Of a DNA stretch of 64,000 bases, positions 1 through 8,400 are shown one piece after another. The stretch spans positions 384,001 to 448,000 of the forward strand of contig JAVJNR010000005.1 in the NCBI GenBank assembly GCA_040217195.1, given 5' to 3'. The position numbers and the translations under genes are program-made. The notes below the pieces were generated by a model. It saw only the letters and a list, made by a program, of their open reading frames with translations. It did not search any database and had not been told where the DNA came from. Position 1 is the stretch's first letter. Each line of letters begins with the position of its first letter. Source of the DNA: Leptospiraceae bacterium. GTDB taxonomy: Bacteria > Spirochaetota > Leptospiria > Leptospirales > Leptonemataceae.

Positions 1-265
1 TCGTATTGTCTTCGTAGAAAGGCAGTGCTCCATATAGCTTCCAGTAGATGGTTTCGAATCCTTCCCCTTCCAGTTTGGCAATCTCTGCTCGAATGGCAGA
101 ATTCTTTCTTTCCCAATCCCGTTTTTCATATCTTGCCAGGCGAATCTCCCTTTCCAGTAAAGAAGCCTCGATATTCATTGCGATGTAAGCATAGATACCG
201 GCAAAAAAGGCCAGGATGCCCAGTGCCATCGCCGGATACCTTAGCTTTATCTTCATTCTATTCAT
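1..265 (-). CDS. FtsL-like cell division protein (partial, runs off window; not in ORF track)
   Basis: Manual translation from ATG 265, which overlaps the rsmH stop as ATGA: MNRMKIKLRYPAMALGILAFFAGIYAYIAMNIEASLLEREIRLARYEKRDWERKNSAIRAEIAKLEGEG... The frame is open to the window edge. It has a short basic N-terminus, one TM segment and a coiled coil, and lies directly downstream of rsmH, the usual ftsL position. Confidence 0.65.
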   Translation of the reverse strand, partial: MNRMKIKLRYPAMALGILAFFAGIYAYIAMNIEASLLEREIRLARYEKRDWERKNSAIRAEIAKLEGEGFETIYWKLYGALPFYEDNT

Positions 266-1416
266 CGAGGAATTATCCTCCGAATGGCGCGAAGCCTGGC
301 AGACCTGGATGCAAGATTTATATCCTGTTCTTCTCTGGAGGGAGCCAATGATTTCTTTATTGCTTTTTCGAATTTCACCTCCCGGGGTTCTGGAGAAATC
401 ATAGGAGCATCGTACCTAGAAACGGAATCGCCTGCCCCACAAAGTTCTGCGAAGCATCGTTTGATGATTCTATCTTCCAGGGAATGAAAGGTAATAATGG
501 CAAGGATTCCTCCGGGTCGCAAAAAACTGGCCAGATGCCTGGCTGCCGCCTCTGCTTCCTCCAGTTCATTATTGACTGCAATTCGAAGAGCCTGAAAAGT
601 TTTTCGGGCCGGATGCGGTCTGTTTCTAGGTCCCGGAATGGCCTTTGCGATAATCTCAGCGAGCTGCCTGGCGCTTTCCACAGGACGAGACTGTACAATC
701 CTGTGAGCGATCTTTCGCGATGCTCGCTCTTCACCAAATTCGTAGATAAGATTGGCCAGGGCCTTCTCCGGCAGATTGTTTACCAGGTCTTGCGCGCTAT
801 CATCAATGTTTGTATCAAGTCGCATATCCAGGGTGCTATCTTCGTAGGAAAATCCACGTTCGAATTCTTTGAGGTGTAGCATGGATATGCCAAGATCCAG
901 TAAAGCAAAGTCCAATCCAATTTCTGCAGCGCCGTTCTGGATTTTTGAAATCTCATTATCAGAGGAAAACTGATTAAGACCTCCGGAGTTTTCTTCGGAA
1001 TCCTCTTGCGAGGTTCCTTCCGCGGTATCTTCGAATGGTCTTTCGGACTGCCAGTCCGGAGAAATCTCTGCAATTTGTGTATCTTCTGTATTTAGATTCG
1101 GCTGTGAATCGTTCAGAAAACTGGCCGGAATCTCCGAGGCCCGGCCATTGAACCAGAAAAAACGGGAATCATCCGGGTTCAGGCCAGCCTGCTGAAAATT
1201 CGTTCTGGCCCGGTTCAGCATCTGCTGATCGCGATCGCACAAAATCATTCTGGATTCAAGATAATGGCCGGCCAGGGATAGACTGTGGCCCCCGGCTCCA
1301 GTTGTGCCATCCACTATTCTGAACCCTTGCAGATTCTGCTGATTTATGTTTGTGAATGCCTGCTCCGCCAGAGAGAGCACCTCATTGAGCATCACCGGTT
1401 GATGACTGGCTTCCAT
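262..1416 (-). CDS. rsmH: 16S rRNA m4C1402 methyltransferase RsmH (MraW), with ~60-aa acidic insertion
   Basis: Motifs HQPVML, DGTTGAGGHS, LLDLGIS, RGFSY..LDMR, HPARKTFQALRIAVNNEL, ITFHSLEDR and N.ASRSARLR. Confidence 0.95.
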   Translation of the reverse strand: MEASHQPVMLNEVLSLAEQAFTNINQQNLQGFRIVDGTTGAGGHSLSLAGHYLESRMILCDRDQQMLNRARTNFQQAGLNPDDSRFFWFNGRASEIPASFLNDSQPNLNTEDTQIAEISPDWQSERPFEDTAEGTSQEDSEENSGGLNQFSSDNEISKIQNGAAEIGLDFALLDLGISMLHLKEFERGFSYEDSTLDMRLDTNIDDSAQDLVNNLPEKALANLIYEFGEERASRKIAHRIVQSRPVESARQLAEIIAKAIPGPRNRPHPARKTFQALRIAVNNELEEAEAAARHLASFLRPGGILAIITFHSLEDRIIKRCFAELCGAGDSVSRYDAPMISPEPREVKFEKAIKKSLAPSREEQDINLASRSARLRAIRRIIPR

Positions 1417-1423
1417 TGGCTAT

Positions 1424-3112
1424 TTAGATAATGCGATCGTACTGGTCGATTGCCTGATTCCATACTGGAATCCCGCAGAATCGATCGCCCTCCGGACAAT
1501 AAGGTGTGGTGCCTGCATCCTTTCGAAGTGCACAGGGAGCCAGAATCCATTGCACCAGTTCAGGATGAATCTTGCCGATCTGTTGTAGCTCCTGCACAGA
1601 GGCGCGAAAGATCTCTTCCTGGGCATTATAACAGGTCCGCGCTTTCCATTTATGGTGAAGATTCAACAAATCTCCGGATTCATAAAAGCGAATTGGAAAA
1701 GCATTGGGCAGTAGATAGGAAGCTTCTTCTTCGGTCCCTCCCGCATCCAGGAAATCGGAAATACCCGCAAATATCTCTTCCATGATTCGGCTATAATAAT
1801 CCAGGGCCACTTCGGATTTCTGAATCAATTCAGGCACAATGTAATCCGGCTTTCCGGTAAAATGCCTCATCAGTATTGGCCGCGATCCAGGCACCATTCT
1901 ATGCCTCTGGTCTTGAGAGTCCGCTGTATGCGATATCTTCTTTTGAAATGTATAGGATACATTGAATAACGCTCTGGTAATTCTAGACAGAGTACTCTCG
2001 TTTAAGGTGGAACCAAGATGATGATTCCTGGAAGGCCTGAGTACAAGCTCGATGGCTGCCTCGTTGGAAAGCTCCGACTCGGCAATCCCCAGAACTGCTC
2101 GCACAGCCTCTCCCACCACAACAGGAGCGTCGGTGGTGTAGCCGGCCAGCCTGGCAAACTTGCCTTCCATGCGATCATCGAACTCTTTCAGGAAATCTGA
2201 AGTAGTCTTTCGCTCATCCCTTTCTAGAAAGAACGATGCAAAGAACTGATACTCTGTGGTCTCTTCCAGGGGCATGGGATCAGCCATTTCCGCAGCATAG
2301 AGCGGATCCGCGGCTTCCACCTGCTCCCACATTCGCTCCACCAGAAGTCTGGCTTCTATAGGCACATCGCAGGCCTGGCAAAGTCTTCGATAGCGATGGA
2401 GCGTCAGGCCATTGATACTGTGATACAGATATGCATGAGTGGCCGTAGGAAGAACATATCTGGCCACTTCCATAGTTTTTTTATGGATGGAGTTTTTCCA
2501 TTTATCTGGTTTGCTCGCCCTGGCTCGAAATACCTGAAAGTATATGTTGGAGGCGGGCTCCTCCAGAAGATCCATTAAGTGGAAATAGGCATCGCAGGAT
2601 TTGCGAATCAGTGAATCATAGATGTCACTGGCTGCCTTTCTATCGCTACCAAAATGAGGATAGTGGAACTGATCTGGCTTTACCTCTACATATCTCTGCG
2701 AAACCTGCTCAGAGTTGTAATAAGGATGAGAATGCAGAAAACTCCAGATCAATTGCCTGCTAATGCGATCGATGGCAAAAATGAACTGCGGATGCTGCCT
2801 GGTGGTTAAATGTCCTGCTTTTAAAGTACTGTTCGCAATTCGATCTCTTAATGCCCTGGATTTATCGGTGGCAGATACCTGCTCCGGGTATACCAGACCT
2901 TTGGAAGAATAGCAGGTTCGGGCAGAACCTATGGACACATCGAATGGACTGGCAGTGGCATCCAGAAGCTGGACCACCGGTCCGGTGTCTACAGAGGCAG
3001 CGGCTGGGGACATAAGCCGACTCTGGCTGATGCCTGCCATAGTGCAAACATTTCGTTTCATCCAGGGCCCGGTTTTCGTGGACAGTTTTCCGGCGGTGGC
3101 CGGACAGACCAT
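1424..3112 (-). CDS. thyX: FAD-dependent thymidylate synthase, tandem ThyX-domain type (true start probably one of the downstream Mets)
   Basis: SARTCYS, GHLTTRQH, EQVSQRY and ARYVLP in the N-half; SQDQRHR, YLLPNA and RTCYNAQEEI in the C-half. Confidence 0.88.
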   Translation of the reverse strand: MVCPATAGKLSTKTGPWMKRNVCTMAGISQSRLMSPAAASVDTGPVVQLLDATASPFDVSIGSARTCYSSKGLVYPEQVSATDKSRALRDRIANSTLKAGHLTTRQHPQFIFAIDRISRQLIWSFLHSHPYYNSEQVSQRYVEVKPDQFHYPHFGSDRKAASDIYDSLIRKSCDAYFHLMDLLEEPASNIYFQVFRARASKPDKWKNSIHKKTMEVARYVLPTATHAYLYHSINGLTLHRYRRLCQACDVPIEARLLVERMWEQVEAADPLYAAEMADPMPLEETTEYQFFASFFLERDERKTTSDFLKEFDDRMEGKFARLAGYTTDAPVVVGEAVRAVLGIAESELSNEAAIELVLRPSRNHHLGSTLNESTLSRITRALFNVSYTFQKKISHTADSQDQRHRMVPGSRPILMRHFTGKPDYIVPELIQKSEVALDYYSRIMEEIFAGISDFLDAGGTEEEASYLLPNAFPIRFYESGDLLNLHHKWKARTCYNAQEEIFRASVQELQQIGKIHPELVQWILAPCALRKDAGTTPYCPEGDRFCGIPVWNQAIDQYDRII

Positions 3113-3195
3113 GCAAATGCTGCCCCAAAAATCCGAATACTTTCACTGTTCCGAAAGAGCCTTAATTCGACTTCAATCTCACCTTTCAGCCCATT

Positions 3196-4902
3196 CTAGT
3201 TGTTTTCTGGATTTACCGAGAAGTAGCCCGTTAGATGGTGCACTGTGCCCGCTCCCTCAGCCGCCCGATGGGCGTAGTCTCGCAGAGCCTCGGCCTGCCG
3301 GGACAATTCCTCCTCTCGGTCAGCCAGACTACCTATAGATTTACTTAATTCTTGTGCTCCGGTTTTTTGTTCTCGCACGGACTCAAAGATCTGACCGGCA
3401 AAAAGGCTCACCTCCTGGCCTGCTTCAGAGATCCTTGAAATCTGTTGTGCCCCCTGATCCATATCCGAAAGGACTGCGCTGGACATTCCATCCATTCGTT
3501 CCACAGATTCTCTAATTCCATTAAAGAGACCGACCAGGCCTTTTACCTGCTCGGTGCCAGCCTGAACCTGCTTCGCGGTGCCCTCCAGGTGGCCGGCGAT
3601 CTCCTTGACCGATCCGGCCGTTTGCTCGGCAAGCCTGGAGATCTCTTCGGCAACAACGGCGAAGCCCCGACCCATTTCTCCAGCCCTGGCCGATTCGATG
3701 GATGCATTGAGAGAAAGTAGATTCACTCTTTCAGAAATACCTGTAATAATCTGAATGATTGATTGAATTTCCCGGGAGCTCTGAGCAATATTTTCCATGG
3801 CACCGGTAGTTTGCTGAACTCTGGCAGCACCATCGGATGCCACTTGCTGCGTTGCGCCTGTCTCTCCGGTGAGATTTTTTATTCGATTCAGAGCACCTTC
3901 CATACCAGTCTGCAGTGCCGTCAGGTTTTCGCTTATTGCCTCCATGTCGGTGGTCTGTCGATTGGCCAGCTCCGATATATTTTCCATACTAGAATCCAGC
4001 TCCGTAATGGCAGCAGACGATTCTTCGGTGGCAGCGGCCTGCATGGAAGCCCAATCGCTTACAATCTGCGCTGTTCGGATCAGCTCCGAGGAAAGCTCTT
4101 CCCAGATTTGAGTATTCGACTGAATTTGAAAGAGCAGCCCCCATTGATTGATAGCCAGGCTACGACCGGTAAATGAGGCATCCTGCGTTTCGGCACAGCA
4201 GCCGGCCAGAGATCGAAGTTCAGAAGCAGCATACAGGTTTCCACTAAGTATTTGCTGTAACCTTTGTGTGCTCTTTCTCAATTCGCTTCGCAGCCGTAAA
4301 ATAAATGTAAATAAGCTACTCATCCCCCCGATCACCAGGACAACTGCCAGGCCGGAAAGTAGATTGCGGTAAGGCTGGTCCAGCTCTGCGGCCAGTAGTG
4401 CAAGTGGAGCCGAGAGAATCAAAGGCAGGGAAATCCATGCTACCTTTGTAAGCATGCTGGCCGGTCCTCGCAGCAACCTCTTACCCGCTGCTTCACTCTT
4501 CCAGAAAGCGTCATAGAGCCTGGTTGCTCTGTAACGTTGCACATCAGTGGCAGCTTTTCGCACGGATATGTAGCCTACGATCTCCCCTTTCTGGTAAACC
4601 GGACTTACTGTGGCATCCACCCAGTAGAAATTACCGCTCTTCGCCCGGTTTTTGACGATATTGTTCCAGGTCTTCCCCTCCTTTACGGTATCCCAGAGAT
4701 TCTCAAAAACGGCCGGAGGAACATCTGGATGGCGAATCATGTTATGCGGCTGACCCACCATCTCCTCTACTTCAAACTCAGAAATCCGGGCAAAGTCCGA
4801 ACTGGCATATGTGATTTTACCCTTAAGATCTGTTCGCGAAATCAGTACATCTCCCGGACGGACAAAATTTTCTTCTTCGGTTATGGGAAGGTTCTTTTTC
4901 AT
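3196..4902 (-). CDS. Aer-like PAS-domain methyl-accepting chemotaxis protein
   Basis: N-terminal FAD-type PAS signature ([38 protein letters not shown]), two adjacent TM segments, and the MCP hairpin [27 protein letters not shown]. Confidence 0.93.
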   Translation of the reverse strand: MKKNLPITEEENFVRPGDVLISRTDLKGKITYASSDFARISEFEVEEMVGQPHNMIRHPDVPPAVFENLWDTVKEGKTWNNIVKNRAKSGNFYWVDATVSPVYQKGEIVGYISVRKAATDVQRYRATRLYDAFWKSEAAGKRLLRGPASMLTKVAWISLPLILSAPLALLAAELDQPYRNLLSGLAVVLVIGGMSSLFTFILRLRSELRKSTQRLQQILSGNLYAASELRSLAGCCAETQDASFTGRSLAINQWGLLFQIQSNTQIWEELSSELIRTAQIVSDWASMQAAATEESSAAITELDSSMENISELANRQTTDMEAISENLTALQTGMEGALNRIKNLTGETGATQQVASDGAARVQQTTGAMENIAQSSREIQSIIQIITGISERVNLLSLNASIESARAGEMGRGFAVVAEEISRLAEQTAGSVKEIAGHLEGTAKQVQAGTEQVKGLVGLFNGIRESVERMDGMSSAVLSDMDQGAQQISRISEAGQEVSLFAGQIFESVREQKTGAQELSKSIGSLADREEELSRQAEALRDYAHRAAEGAGTVHHLTGYFSVNPENN

Positions 4903-5477
4903 ATTTCTGAAGCTCCGGAGGATTTACCGGTATCATTTCCTATATTTTCTGCATAATTGACGGTCTCGTCATTATCACGAACGTAAATTTCTAAGGGGAT
5001 GACAATGACGGGACTTATCACCCTGGACGAAAATGAACAGATATTTTTTCCCGAACAATAGTTACCTTTCCAGAGTAGCCCAGGTGCACATCCTGCAGAG
5101 ATTTCTTGAAGCTCAAGGAGTATTTTCCATAGTATTAACTTTGCATGGCAAAATCTCAATCTATAGCCATTACCATATACTCCTACCGTCCAAATAAATA
5201 GGATACCTGGGTACAGTTTATACCATATTCTTTTCTGAAAAAATCTCTGGCTATACTGCACCACGACAGATGCGTATGCCCGGTCCGGGACCGCGATTGA
5301 TGCCCTTTTCCCGGGCACTGATAGCATATTGGATGGCTTTCCGAGACTCCGGCCCGATCCAGATCAATTAGTTTGAGAATCTAATAGGCACCCGAACCTT
5401 GAATCGGGCCAGAATCCTCTGGGCCAAGCTTCAAATTTTCGATAGACTGTGCAAGCACAGAGCATACAATTTCTGCA

Positions 5478-8400
5478 ATGCTGGATCCCAGAAGCTTACC
5501 GGGTTATGAATACCAGGAGTCCATTTATGAAGGTGCGGATTCACTGATCTACAGGGCCCGGCGATCCGCGGATAATTCCCCGGTCATTGTCAAGACAGGC
5601 CATGCAAGACAAATAGATACTGAATTCAGGGCCCGACTACGCAGAGAGTATTCCATCGGATCTTCGTTGCCCGGAGATATTGCTCCCTACCTGGATTTCA
5701 TTGAAACGGCCCAGGGACCGGCCCTGGTCATGCAGGAAACGGGAGGTATTCCTCTAAATCAATGGCAGCCATCCAGCTTAAAGGAAATGTTGGATGGAAT
5801 GCTTCGGGTTGCACTGGCTCTGGATACAGTGCATGAAGCCGGCATTGTTCACAGGGACATCAAACCACAAAACATTGTACTCGATGTAAAGAATCTTCAT
5901 CCAGCAATTATTGATTACGGAATTGCCTCCCATCTTTCTTCGCGTAACGATACGGCCCTGCAGGTAGGTCGGCTGGAAGGAACTCTGCTCTATATGGCTC
6001 CGGAGCAAACCGGACGCACGAATCGCAGAGTGGACCATCGCAGCGATCTGTATTCTCTGGGCGCTACCTTCTTTGAGCTTATCGCAGGAAATCCTCCTTA
6101 CCCGTTGAGAGATCCTCTGCAATTGATTCATGCCCATCTTGCCAGCGATTGTCCGGCAATTCAAAAAGACAGGGATGGCAATTTTGTCCCTGCTGTAGTT
6201 AGCGATATCATTCAAAAATTAATGAGTCGGGATCCAGATGCTCGATACCAGACAGCCATGGGCCTGGCCCAGGATCTCAAAAAATGCCTGGAATCGATTG
6301 AGGGAAAGAATCAGATTTCTCCCTTTCCCCTGGGAAGACTGGATTTTCCACGAGGACTAACAATTCCTCAGAAACTCTATGGCCGTAGTAGAGAGTTACA
6401 GCAAATCCAGCAATGCCTGGGTACGAATAGCGGTGCATCGCTGGTTCTGGTTACAGGTCCCTCCGGTTCAGGAAAGTCATCTCTTATCCAGGAGTTGCGC
6501 AGAGGTATTGCAGAAAGAAATGGATTCTTCCTACCTGGAAAATTTGAGCCAGACAAGAAAGATATACCGTACCATGCAATTGCCCAGGGACTGACGATTA
6601 TTGTCGAGAATCTGCTTTCGCGTAGCGCGGAATCGGTACAGCAATGGAAAGATCTTATCCTGGAACGATTGCGTGGAAACGGCCAAACCCTGCTGGAACT
6701 TGTGCCTACTTTGAGTCAATTGCTCGGCCCGCAGCCGGAACTATTGGAACTTAGCCCGGAAGAAGAGCGGGTTCGATTCAAGCTTACGATTCTAGGTTTC
6801 CTTTCTGCATTTGAGGATATGCCTCTGGTATTTGTTCTGGATGATCTGCAGTGGGCGGACCTGGCCTCTCTGGATCTAATGCAGGATCTACTGCTTGAAT
6901 CCGGTTCCAATCTTACGATACTGGGAACCTATCGAGATAACGAAGTCAATGAATTACATCCATTGAGCCGAGCCATGGAAAGCTACCGCCTGAATGGCAT
7001 CGAAACTCAAACGATTCAGCTTCAGCCCCTGGGTCCAAGGGACCTTCGCATGCTTCTTCTGGATACATTTCGCATGGATCCTGCAGATGATCAGGCAGAC
7101 GATGTAAATCAACTTGCGGATGCGCTCTACAAGAGAAGCGAAGGAAATCCATTTATTGCCCGGCAGTATCTGGAATCCGTTTACAACCGGGGCTGGATTC
7201 GTCAGGATCGAAGCAACGGTCACTGGCACATAGAACTGGCCCGCATTCGCACAGACGGACTTTCCGTATCTGCGGCGGAACTACTGGCCCTCAGAATTAC
7301 TGAACTGGATGATCTGAAAGCCACCATCGAAGCGGCAGCATGCCTGGGAAATCGATTCAGTTTACAGTTACTTTCCGGACTGATGGAGCAGGATGTTCTG
7401 CTCACCGTAAAGCAGCTTCAGGAATTGGCCACTCGAGACCTGGTCTATCCGCTAAACGAATCCTATAAATACGTGGGTCAGGAAAGCGATCGGCAGAGCA
7501 TAGAAAAGGTGCAGTACGGATTCTCCCATGATAGAATCCATGAAGCCGTGCTCAATCAGATACCGGCCAGCAAATCAGAGGAGTTGAACCTAAAAACCGC
7601 ACGGCTAATCCTGCGAGAATCAAATTTCCAGCAAATCCAGGAGAAGATTGGGACCCTGGTGGCCCATTATAATCGGGGCCGCAACCTGGTACAGGACGAT
7701 GATGAAAAGCTAAAAATCGCAGAGCTAAATGTTCAGGCTGGTCGCAGAGAAAGAAAAGCCAGCGCATACGATGAAGCGATCATTCATTTTGGAATTGCTC
7801 AGGACACTTTACACCAAAGATCCAAAAAGATTCCGGCAGAACTGAGACTGTCAATACTGCGAAACCTGGGCGAATGCGAATATCTGAATGGCCGCAAAGT
7901 AGTGGCCCAGGAGCATTTTGATCAGATACTGAAGGATTCCCGAAGTCTTCTTGAAAAACTCAAAGTCTATGAGTTCAAGATTGCCATTCTTTCCAGCGAT
8001 GGGCACCATGCGGAGGCGGTGGGTCTGGGGCTACAGGCATTGAAGAAAGCCGGTTATTCAGTTACAACGTTGAAAGAAGCGGCACGCAATAGCACCATCA
8101 AATCCAGGACCAAAAGCTCGCGCAAATTTCTGGATCTATACAGAAAGCGCAGAAAGAAGGAGCCTGATCCGGAATCCAGGCTAATCGCTAGAATTATGGC
8201 TCAGACCATTACTCCTGCATTCCTTACCCGGTCGGATCGATTGGACTCCCTGGTTTTTTCATTGCTGGATCTTAGTGAAAAAGATGGGCCATTCCCGGAA
8301 ACGTCTGTTGCCCTGGTTCTTCTGGGCATACTGAACTGCGAATATTTGCAGGACTATACTTCAGGCATGGAAATGGGTCAAATGGCTCAGGATCTTGTGG

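Noticed and set aside
4899..5327. 142-aa ORF whose stop overlaps the MCP start (ATGA)
   Set aside because: No recognisable motifs, atypical composition and no SD; it occupies the divergent promoter region. It cannot be fully excluded.
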